DNA from: Chrysomallon squamiferum
Lineage: Eukaryota > Animalia > Mollusca
Direction: 5' to 3'
Length of the DNA stretch: 64,000 nt
Assembly: GCA_012295275.1 (NCBI GenBank)
Contig: CM022670.1
Span: forward strand, 16,368,001 to 16,432,000
A model generated the notes under the pieces. That model worked only from the letters and a program-made list of their open reading frames with translations, was not told the origin of the DNA and did no database searches. Shown here piece after piece: positions 1-11,716 of the stretch. Position 1 is the stretch's first letter; every line of letters starts with the position of its first letter. The translations under genes and the position numbers were made by a program.

Positions 1-337
1 AATTTTAATTTACTGCATAAAGTCATAGGGTTACTTTTTAAATTATGCTTTCTGCCACTTGTTGTTTAGAAAATAATTTTACAAAGATTTATATATACAT
101 TTTTATTAACTGAATAATTATATATCGTAGTACAATACATGTGAAATTAAAGTAATTTTCTCACTTAAATTATCTTTTCATTCACATCTCTAAATATATT
201 ATTAATATATCTCATAATATAAAACTCATTTTGTTTGTTTTGAAAACTTAATTAAATATATTTCATAATTTTGATATGTATTATAATTCAGTTTTTTTGG
301 CTGTGGATATATTTTATCTTCTGAAAATTGTTTTTAG

Positions 338-469
338 GAAGGACAGACAGCTGCAGAGTTGGCTGTAGAGGCTGGATATGACTTCATCGCCAAACTGATA
401 GAGAATTTTAAACCTTCGGATCAAACAAATGATGAAATCACAGAGGTTACTCTTTCAGTTGGATTGTAG
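338..469 (+). CDS. Terminal coding exon of an ankyrin-repeat protein (gene starts upstream of the window)
   Basis: Acceptor tttttag at 331-337, then an open frame EGQTAAELAVEAGYDFIAKLIENFKPSDQTNDEITEVTLSVGL-stop (TAG 467-469). G-x-T-A-x-x-L-A-x-x-x-G-x-x-x-I-x-x-L fits the ankyrin repeat consensus. The gene cannot be identified from one exon. Confidence 0.7.
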   Translation, partial: EGQTAAELAVEAGYDFIAKLIENFKPSDQTNDEITEVTLSVGL

Positions 470-3411
470 TGTTGAAAGAAGCACATTCTTTTTTAGCTGT
501 ACCATCAGGTATATTTACACAGTTATGCTGCCAAGAATTGTATTAAGTTAATATTTTTTCATGTCATTAGGAATCTTAATATTTTTAAAGATGCAATAAT
601 CTAAATACTGCAGAAAAAGGCCTCAGAGATTCCAAAAATCAAAACATCACAATATCATATTTGTTGAATGTTTATTTAAATAGAGTGAATTTGTAATCAC
701 CTGCTTGATTTGAAAATACTTTATATTAGCTATTTTCAAATTGGATTTTTAAAACTGGATTTTAAGTTAAATACTGTAGTCTTTTAAGTAGATTATTTTG
801 TTGTTTTCCTTTTTTATTATACAGGTTTTGTTGTGCTATGCATATGTATTGCAGTAGGAATTATTTCTTAACTGAGTTAACATTTTATGATTGGTAGACA
901 TTATTTATTACATTTACTGATAAATTTTAAATGGCTTTTGTGCTATTTTACACTTAGCATACCCAAAGCAAGTCTTTCATTGTATATTGGTTGTTACTAC
1001 TATACATTTTCTATAATTATCAGTTAATTTCTTTTCTTTGAAAGAAAGAGAAATTACAGAAACACATATTTTTTTATTATTATCTAGAAAAACAGTTTTT
1101 AATTTTAACTGGGGATATGTACATAAAAAATTGAACAACACTTAAATAAATAAACACAAATGCACATACATACACATGCACAGACATGTGTAGACACACA
1201 CTGACATGCAATATAATGATAGCCAAAAAACACATGTGCATTGTCAGTGTTATAAGTTATAAAACTCCAAACATTAAAATTATTGATATAATTTTACAGG
1301 ATGTCATGAGTAATTACTGACATTAATCATTTGAACACTTTTTAAAAATAAAATGAATTTAATGATTTTATTCAAACAAAATCATACTAATATTTTATTC
1401 ACTTATTTTCGCATGATTTAATTATATTTTTATTCACACACACTTATCAGCTCTTCCTGAATTAATTATGTCTTTTTCATTATATGTACCTTTTATGATT
1501 TTAATTAACTTTTAATCAGTTTATATTTTTAGTCTCCTTATTCCAAGTGCAATGAGTATCAATTACATACCTCACTTCTTTATAAACCACATTTACCCTA
1601 GGAAAAATAATTCTTTTCATTACTTTCTACATCTCATTTATTCATTCATTCACATATTTTTGTAATATTTTCCAGTAGGTCATAATATATCAAATTTATT
1701 TTATTTGCCATACTCTTGTTTGGATTGCTGTTGAATGTTTTACTTAATTTATCTTTTTAAAAGAAGGACTGAAATTTCTGTCAGGACAGGAATAATCCAA
1801 GCTGTTATTTAATTATTTTGTTGATTGTAAAATAATTATGGATTTTCCATTAATGTTTGTTCAGGACATTTTCATTTTAAAATGCTCAATGTTGTTTTTT
1901 AATCTGTTAAAATGTTAATTAATTTCAAATTCCAATTCATGTGAACATTTTCACTGCTTTGTAATAGTACTATAATTAAAGGTTTATGTAACAACTCTAT
2001 TTCTGAGTTAATTCTTTGAACTTGAGCAATAAGAAAACTGCAACCAATTGCAAAATTGTCTGATCACCACACTGGTTTGTTTTTCCTCAAAAATTCCAGC
2101 AAATCAACAGCTTTGATTTATCTAAATTTTTGAGACTGAACATGAATTGAAAATTATTTTATATGGGTCCTTTTTTTCTGTTTTGACAAGTATAAATTGA
2201 CCAAAAAGAAAACACAAATTCTTCTGCCAACTCAATTTAAGTTTATCAGTTTGATGAAGAAAAATGATTGCAAATAATTAATAAATTTGGATGAAGAAAA
2301 GGAGACTGAAATTAATATTGTGGTTATCACTAAGAGCATAAGGGAAAAATAAAACCTGACTCAATATCTTTAGAATGGGTAAGCCTAATTGAAAAAAAGA
2401 AGAAACCAAGTTGAAAAGTGAAAAAATGTTTTTTTGGAGTTGAATGCTTCAAGTTAGGTGTTCAAAGAATTAATTCAGAAAATTATTTGTTTAATTTTTG
2501 ATTTGTACTGATTTTTTAATGAAATTATAAAACAACCTCATCTTCTAGTCAGCAAACTTTAAATATATACTTTTGCTTATGGTGCAACAAGTGAAATAAT
2601 ATTGTTAAAATATTTTGAATATTATATTGTAATTAGTGTGTAATTTTTTGTCTTTATGATGATGAAAAGTAATTATTTATAAATTGGAGGTACTAACCTG
2701 TACAATCTGTAGACAGGGTTTTAAGTTTTTGATGTAAATTTGGAAAGAATTCTTCAATGTATTGCACTCAATATAATGAAAAAATGTCAAGTGCTAGTCT
2801 AAAACACAGATATATATCCAATCAGACTGAAATTTTTATTTTGTTTCCTTATATAATCAGTTGTTACATTAGGTTCTTGATGTTCTGTATTAAACAGATT
2901 AAATTTAAAAAATGTTTTGATTTGTTTCTTTTCTTGCAATCTAGATCATGCAGAAGAAAAAGGAAATTAAAAAAGCTATTAGTAATAAAAATTAATTGTA
3001 ATAATAATAATAATAAAAGAAAACAAATTGAAAGGAAAAACAAACACCATTCATAAAAGTATATTTATTATTTATAATTAACAAAATAATATACAAACAT
3101 AAAGGATCTATGCAAGATAAACTGACAGTGTAGATAGTTCTCCCATATAAGTGATTTCAGGGATGTTTATTATACTCATTTGGTGGATGTTAGCCTAAAT
3201 TTCAATCTATGTTATTTGTGAAAAATATGAATACAAAATTCACACATATAAACAACATTAAAGGAAAGATTTGGTGTTGACATATCAATTCAGTGATTTA
3301 TTTGTTAGCATGAACTACTCCCAAAAATTAAAAAAAAAAAAAAATACCAGCAGTTTACATATATGTATAAATATCTCAACAATTTACCCTATACTAAAAA
3401 TTACTTGTACG

Positions 3412-3449
<38 letters not shown>

Positions 3450-5058
3450 ACAGAAACTGTGATTAAACTCAATTACATCTTAAAATGCTTTATAAATAAT
3501 TCAAACTGTGGTTTAAAAAACATACAAGCAAACAAAGAAACAGTTATCATGTTAAATCTATTGTAATAAATATTTCGTTTTTAGATCTTTAAACTATGAA
3601 TCTAATACTGAATTTAACTTAAAAGCTGATAAAGTATTGCTGACCTTCTAGATAAATCTCTTATCTGTATCTATGAACACTTAACACAATAAAAATAAAA
3701 GCTTATAAATTATACAGTTCCTGTCAATGGTTTTACAAACACTGGTTTTCCATAACACGATAAACCATATAACCTTTGTTTATCTACTGACATTTTTTTT
3801 TTTTTTTTTAAATTTTTGTTAACAGAATTATTATGAAAAGTTATTTTGTATTAACAAAAATTCTATATATAATACAAAAGATTATTTTTCAACAAAAAGT
3901 TGCTGGTTTTTGTTTTAATATTTGCCATCCCGTAACATTAAAAAGTTTATAGAAAATATATTTGACATATATTTTATAACAATTTCAAGTACAATTTTAA
4001 TGTTGTTTTTTTGCTGCTTTTTTTTAGAATATCATTTCATGTTTTAATATATTTATTTTAACAGTATTAAAATTGTTACATTAAATAAATAAATTAAAGT
4101 AAAATAAAACAAAAAATTAAATAAAAATGATTATATAATATTTGTTTTAACTGGAAACTAAACTCATTGAGATGATGATATCAACTAAATGTTGCAGTTA
4201 ATTTTTTTTTAAATGAAATGATTTTCAAAATGATTAAACAAACATGTACAAAAACAGGTTAGGAATGCATGTTTAAAAATCAGTTAATAATCAAAAATTT
4301 AATAATAAACTTCACTCCATTTTAATCATTTATGTCAAGGACATACACAAATTGAAAAGAAAATGTGAAATTAATTTTCTTTCTTTACAAAAGTAACATC
4401 TAATTATCTAGTGGCTTTTAGAAATAGTCTTTTAAATTGTTGATTTATCTTTCTAGTACAGAAACTTGAAAAACTTCTATTTCAAAACAATTCTTAAATA
4501 TTAAACAACAACAACAACAATAAAAGATGCATTTTAAAAAGGCACAAATAATAAATAATTTTACACTTCATTACACAGACATTTTGTTACACAATGATAA
4601 AAGTTTGTTAATGAAAGCTCTGGTCACACTTTTTTAACAAAGACAACTTCAACAATTATCTAAAAAATCAGACATGAAATTGGTCCAGATAACATACATT
4701 GCTTCACTATTATTATATTATGCCAGAAAAATTAAATAATTATAAAAAAGAACATTTTTGTCTAATGTCTAACCAATCACTAAAGTTCAAAATTTGACAA
4801 AATTTTAATAATGGCATCACTGGATTCCAAAATAGTTTTAGAATCATGAACAAAAAACTGAAAAGATATATGAAATAATCTACTGATAATTATACAAAAC
4901 AATTTAGCACAAAATATATTTTAAAAATGTATATAGTTAGATTTGGTACCTAATATTTGTTAATATTTGGTTAAGCCATATCATTATATTCTCTGTAAAT
5001 GAGAAGAGCTAGCAAAGCCAATGTATTGTCAATAAGCAACCATTTAATGTTTTCCTTT

Positions 5059-8000
5059 TCAAACATCTGGTACTGAATGATCCATCAAGTTTCGGATTAT
5101 GCTTCCACCCATGCTAGAAAAGAAAACAATGAAAAATTAAAATTTGATATTGATTAATTTAATTTATTAAATAACATTAATGTTAAAAACATCCACTTAT
5201 GTATTGCAGTTATTTCATTTTCTATCTGTAAAACAATGAATTTGCATTTGTTAGCAAAATGTTTTCATTTAAAAGGGAATCTTGGGGTATTTTATCCAAC
5301 AATTTTCCAGTATATTTATTAGAATTTTTAATTTCTTAGAAAGATAAGTTATTCTGGAAACTTCAAAATATAAAATAACATATTTCCAGAATATCCAGAA
5401 TGAAAAATCAAAATTACAATAAATGGATTTTCAAAATGTAAAATTAAAAATACTCGGAATCTGATTCAATGTTTTACTGCAGCCAAGAGAAAGTAAATGA
5501 AAACAAAAACAAACAAATAAATAAATAAATAAATAAATAAATAAATATTAATTAAAATAGAAAATACCCCCCTCCCACAGCAAAATAGTAAAATCAGAAA
5601 TACTTACCACTTGACAATGTGATCATACAAAACAGATGGAATTATTGTCACAGTTATGGTTCTGCCTCCTGCTTCAATCAGTTCACCAATTGCCTTGTCC
5701 TAAAATGAATATGAAATAAAAATAAACCTCAAATGTTTTATCAGTTTTACAAAAAAAAAAGAAAAATACAATTTATTGTTTTTTTGTATTTTATACACCA
5801 CTATTAATAGAACTGTGATCCATGCCATTTAACAGAAATATTCCATATTACTGTATATTTTAATTTAATAAAACTGTAAATTTTAGATTAGTTCCTAATA
5901 ATTATAACATGTTTGCTCCCTCAATAATAAAACAATCTAAAAAAAAAAAAATGATGTGTAAAATGTAATTAAAACTAAAAATCTTTTAAAGTGTAATTAA
6001 AAACAACTAAAAATATGGCTACATTATGAAAGTTAATGAAACAAACTATCTTATGTAAACATAAAATTTTACTGAAATCTGGATTAAACAAAATATTTCA
6101 AACCTTTAGCCCCACACAGTTTTGTCCATTTATCTCTGTGATGACATGATCTGTGAGAATTCCATTTCTTGCTGCTGAGGAATCCTTCACAATTGACTTG
6201 ATGCGGCCATCTTTATAGACAAAACCAATATAGCCATTGCTGTCTTTCTGCATGGTCACTGTTCTTTCAAATGGTCTACAAATGTTGAAAAAAACCCCAC
6301 CAATGAATAAATGATTATCTACACTTCAACACAAAACAATAATATGGCTATTGTATGTCATTCTATAGGAACTAATAAAGATAAGAATGATTATGGTATG
6401 GCAAAATAAATCAGTGTTAAAAAAAATTATTTTAATATTTTAAAAAACATACAATAAATATAAAATAAAAAATATTCATATTAAATTTATGATAAAAGGT
6501 AGCTCATTTTAAAAAACTGAATCAAATTGAAGTTATTTTTTCCATATGAAATGTGGGAAAAATATTAATCCTTAGAACAGTGTCTGTAATTAGACATAAA
6601 ATACAAAACACTCTCTTTAATCAAAAATCAATGAACCAATGAACAAATTTTATGTTAACAAGTTCTGCCAAACTGCAAAATCCAAAATGCATATAATTGT
6701 GCTTCTAACATCATTTCAACATTTAAATATTACAATCACATTATTTCAGTGAATTAATATTAGATAAAAAAAAAAAACACTAAAAGTTTCCACATTTGTA
6801 AGGGTTATCAATTCACTCAGTGTATACTCTTATATGGCAACATTTAAAAAAAAATGAGTGATAATAAAAAATAAATGCATATTCCACTTTGATTTCTACT
6901 CATGAAATGAGTTACTGAAATATAATCACACAAATGATACTTTTTTAAGAGCTCAAGTACATTGTGTATATTTTTTTATTGTTATTTTTTAAACATACCG
7001 TTCTCGTAGAGCCATTGTGATCCGCTCAGGATTTGCTGCTTTCAGGACTTTGTGTGCTTTATCTGTATCCCAGCCTGCAACAGTCTGTCCATTTATTTGT
7101 AAAATCTGATCACCAAATCTGAGACCTGCAAGTGCTGCTGGAGAGTTGTCTTGTACCAGACAAACAAATAAGCCCTAAAAATTAAACAGAATGGAATATT
7201 TGTATTTATATCAATTTTTTATTTTATTTAATTTTTTTTTCCCCTCAGGACTAAAGTAAAAATTTTAAACTAATTCAGTGTAAATTTAATTTGTTAGGAA
7301 AAAAAATCATAAAAGGCAGTAATAACATCTCATATTAATATATTAAACTAAAGTACAAACTATACTGAGTAGTTGTAATATCATATCCAATTTTGTCAAA
7401 TGCCAGACAAATAAATAAACCCTAAAAGTTAAACAAAATGGAATATTTGTACTTATATTAATTCCATAAACTAATAAATAAAGAGGCAATAATTAATACA
7501 TCATTGCCATATCCTTCAAAATGTCATTGATTTGAGCATCAGTTCTTTTAACTCCAGAAGTCTCCCATATTTTTTGTGTTCCACTCACACCAAATTTCAG
7601 GAATTTTTGTAGTAATTTATAAAAATCCATTTTTCACTAACATTTTCCAATGAATTAAACAGCAAAATCATAAGCTTGTATTTTGTGGCATCTTATTGCC
7701 TGAGAAATAAATTCACAAAGTTGCAAAATTGAGTTTTGTTGTTATAAATGCTGTATATAACACATACTAACATTATTAATATGTTGTAAACAAACCATAT
7801 TAACATGTTGTAAACAAACTACATTATTAACATGTTGCAAACAAACCATATGTGAGGGAGTTAACTAAAAGCACCAAGCATAATCTAAAGATATATAAAC
7901 AATAATGTGATTGAAGTTTATTTCATATTGTTTAAATGTAAAGTACAAGGGAAATTCTTGGGACATTAATATATGGTAAGCACTGTCACTGGTGCTATCT

Positions 8001-9577
8001 TAAGGAACAATGTACATTATTAACATGTTGTAAACAAATAATACTAACATTAATCTGCTGTAAACAAACTACCATATTAATATGTTGTCAATAAACTACA
8101 TTATTAACATGTTGTAAACAAACTACCATATTAACATGTAAATAAACTACATTAACATGTAAACAAACTACCATATTAACATTTTGTAAACAAACTACAT
8201 TATTAAAATGTAAACAAACTACATTATTAACATGTTGTAATATTATTAACAAGGTGTAAACAACCTACATTATTAATGTTGTTAACAAACTACCGTATTA
8301 ACATGTTGTAAACAATCTACATTATTAACATGTTGTAAACAAATAATACTAACGTTATTGACGTGCCGCAGCCGAACACCAATTTTATTATTCTGATCCT
8401 TACAGAGGACCACTTCACGCACACCCTGTTTGATTTCTGCTCGGATGACTCCTTTGTTGAAACCCGTTACAGGAGCTATCTGTGTGCTGAGGACTGTTGG
8501 TCTTGATGATACTTGCATTGCCTACACATAAATATAGCAATTTATAGCAATTAAAACTGGAAAATAATAATTCAAATATGCAAGGGATATAGAAAAATGT
8601 TAAAGCTGAAGAAGCTTTAGTTGAACTGGTTGTCAAAAAAAAAAGAAAAAAAAGAAAGAAAATAAAAAAGATTATTAATACAAACAGGAATTTTAATAAT
8701 TTTGGGTTACAAGCAGCAAATTAAAACTTAACTTTTTACTATAAAACATAAAATTTATACATAAAGTAAACAATATTAAAAACAAACTGCACTGTTAACA
8801 AATGAATAGATAGCAAAACTATTTTTTTTATAAACAAATTAAAAAATATATATACTGTTAAAAGAAGTCACTAAATTACCTGTGGGACGGCGACAACACC
8901 TGGCATATTTTGTTGAACAAATTGCTGTGAAAGTGACAGACCCATATAATCTTCAAGTGATGGGTACAGAGATGCTGTAGGCTGGGTGGCTGCTTGTATC
9001 TGACCTTGAGGTGGATATGTAACTGGTTGTGTAACTGGTGGTGCTCCAGCAATCTGGTGCTCATGCTGGATCTGAGCCTGAATAACAAAACACATAAATT
9101 ACAAACTGTTAAGTCACTTGTTACTGTTTAAACATTTATGTACACACATTGTTATGGTATCTCTATAATGCTACACAAAATTATTTCTTAACAATATACA
9201 GCTATTTGCATTAATTGAAAAAAAACACTTCATATTTAAGAATACTATATAATGATTTTATTTAAGTACAAAATGAATTCATAAAATTATTTTTAAAATT
9301 TTATTATACTTAAACAAAATAATAAATTTCAACAACCTCTTATGCATAAATTAATTTATTTAACTTTTAAGAATTGGCTTTTTAGTGACATAACCAGAAT
9401 ATATGATAAAATACAAAAGGCTGAAAAACATAAACTGATAAGTTTTATTTTTCCCCATGTTTTTTATATTATTATTATTTTTAATGACAACCCTTAAATT
9501 TACATCTGTTTAAATAAGAAAATCTTTTTCGGTTTTCCTTCTCTTCCTTTTTTTCTTTTTTAAAAATACTTACCCAG

Positions 9578-9608
<31 letters not shown>

Positions 9609-9778
9609 TCCAATATATTTCAGCCTTTAGTTTTAATATTCGTATTTATAAAAAAATTTCACTTAAATAATGGCTAAAATTCCATTCAAAAATTATTTTT
9701 TATTTAAATGTGTTTTATACAAACCTTGTGTAGCTGGTCCACCTTCATGTCCTCCAAAGATGGGTAGATGTTTGACAT
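5059..9778 (-). CDS. SDCBP: Syntenin (syndecan-binding protein, tandem PDZ), 304 aa
   Basis: Coding exons (minus): 9778-9725, 9077-8880, 8521-8354, 7174-6999, 6275-6104, 5699-5608, 5113-5059. All introns are GT-AG and phases are consistent (915 nt). N-term [15 protein letters not shown] and a second LYPSLEDY (YPxL motifs); PDZ1 [23 protein letters not shown]; PDZ2 [31 protein letters not shown]; C-term LMDHSVPDV*. Confidence 0.96.
7393..7463. repeat. Duplicate of the syntenin exon 4 acceptor junction
   Basis: ccagacaaataaataaaccctaaaagttaaacaaaatggaatatttgtacttatat matches ccagacaaacaaataagccctaaaaattaaacagaatggaatatttgtatttatat at 7156-7211 (offset 247). Confidence 0.85.
7760..8353. repeat. 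~30-bp minisatellite derived from the syntenin exon 3 / donor junction
   Basis: Unit ~ACTAACATTATTAACATGTTGTAAACAAA in two blocks (7760-7850 and 8010-8353); aligns with the junction ACTAAC|GTTATTGACGTGCCGCAGCCGAA at 8348-8376. Confidence 0.85.
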
Positions 9779-10406
9779 TGTTATAGGTTTTTACTGTAGA
9801 AAGAAAAAAGAAAAAGAAAGAACTAAGTTAAATATTAAAAGATCAAGCTCTTTACAATCTAAAATAGATCTATTTAATCAATTAGTTAATTAATGTTTTA
9901 TATGAAGACTATTAAGTATTACCTTTAATAAAGACAGCCATTTTACAACATAACTGTTAATAATTTAATAAAATTCATATAAACTATCCAACGTAATCTG
10001 TTTTGTCCTACAAAGAGTATTACAAAACAAAAATCGATAAAAATAAAAATAATAATAATATTTAATATGTTAATATAAACTATAAAGAGGTAAAATACAT
10101 TAAATTATTAATTTTCAGCAATTTTATAAATTTATACCTAGAACAATTTTATACAAACAATTCTCACTTTACAAAAAATACAATTTAAATATTACGTTTA
10201 TATCCACTGATGTGCAATATTTGTTATAACAGTTAGAATTATGATTTATTGAGAAGAATGCTCCTCGTACTTTTGTTTTCAGTTCTTCTCGGTAAATAAG
10301 GTATCCGGAAAAACAACAACAAATGAACTACAAGTCTTTGGCAGCTCTTGTTGAGTCTATTATGATTAAAATAATGAACATAGCAAAAATCGGCGCATAC
10401 ACTTAC

Positions 10407-10480
10407 CAGTAAAAGCTTTCCAAAATAAAAGTTACAAAAGGTTTTACAATAAGAGAGTTTTTGTCACTGACGATACACGT
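10407..10480 (-). other. SDCBP: Probable non-coding first exon of syntenin
   Basis: Consensus donor GTAAGT on the minus strand at 10406-10401. The exon carrying the ATG has an upstream acceptor (ctacag, 9799-9794), so a 5' UTR exon is required. The 5' limit is approximate. Confidence 0.55.
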
Positions 10481-11580
10481 CAAAACAATGACGTCACAGT
10501 CAGGTGCCTAATAGTCACTGGCATGTGATCATCTTCGATTGCGACATATTAGTAATCAGAATAATTTTCAATCCCAAGAAGAATATGAAAAGAACTAACA
10601 AGTGCTGGGGTAGCAGCGACAACAACAGCAGTAATAATGAGCTTTAAATAACATTATAAACGGATATAAATTCAATTTCAAGATGGTTTTCTTAAATGAA
10701 TTGTTTCGATGCAGATATTTACTTTTTTCCCCTTTTTAAAAATTATTATATATTTTTAACATTATTTTGATCCAAGTTATAAATTCAGATATTTTCACAG
10801 TATGTGCCGGAAATGTCTTTGTGTTTGTGCATACGTATATGTTTAAATATAATAACAATACAGCCAAAAGATTGAAACAAACTGAAATAACTGTAGCGTT
10901 CTGTAATTTTTAGCATTAGATAATGTATTAAAATACAATTCTTTCTAATTTTCATTTTTTTTTCTAACCTGATAGATAGAATTTTTTTTTTTTTTATAGC
11001 AAAAGATTGCTTTTTGTTAGAAATATTGAAGAAAAAAAAAAAAAAAAAAGAAGAAGAAAAAAGGTTTGGTGATTTCACATATTTTGCGTAAGTAATACGC
11101 CCGATGTTGAGTAATATCTATCGTGACATAGTTAAAGTAAACATGGTCTCACAACCTAGTATTTATTCTACAAATGACATTGTAAACAATTTGATGGTTT
11201 ATGACTTAATGTTAAAATATGCAAAGTAAACCAATAACAACTCTCTTAATATGTAAAAATAAATTCTATTTAAGTAAACTTGATGTTTAATAGGTAACAA
11301 TTGTTTCTTATTTGTAAGCGGACGGCAGAAACAAAACATAATAAAATTATGTAATACTGTTAGTGTTATTTCTAAATCATCACTTTGTCCTTTATCTTAG
11401 ATGACTGAAAGTGTATCTTTACAGTATAATTATTTATTTATTTATTTATTATTATTATTATTATTTTTTTTTTATGAGTAGGTAGGGATTTGATTTTATG
11501 TTATGTTATTGACTGATTAATTAATGCATTATTATATTATTATTTATTTACTTATTTATTTCTACTACTACTACTATTAC

Positions 11581-11626
<46 letters not shown>

Positions 11627-11716
11627 GTCATCATCATCAAAGCATAATCTGTGGCATGAGACCGTGTAAGATGGTTTATCTCATACCGGAAGTAATCGAA
11701 ATTGTTGAGGGAAATA
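10480..11716. promoter_or_regulatory. Putative bidirectional promoter between divergent syntenin and PHACTR
   Basis: Locally CpG-richer. Perfect CRE palindrome TGACGTCA at 10489-10496 next to the syntenin first exon; ETS/GABP consensus ACCGGAAGT at 11685-11693 just before the PHACTR ATG; another CCGGAA near 10807. Confidence 0.5.
11563..11626. repeat. (TAC)n/(TAT)n microsatellite just upstream of the PHACTR ATG
   Basis: Direct reading. Confidence 0.9.

Noticed and set aside
2757-3566. Short ORFs rich in K/N/I/Y/HT runs (also 10785-11763, 19008-19560, 21852-24255)
   Set aside because: Produced by AT-rich sequence, homopolymers and microsatellites; no splice or homology support.
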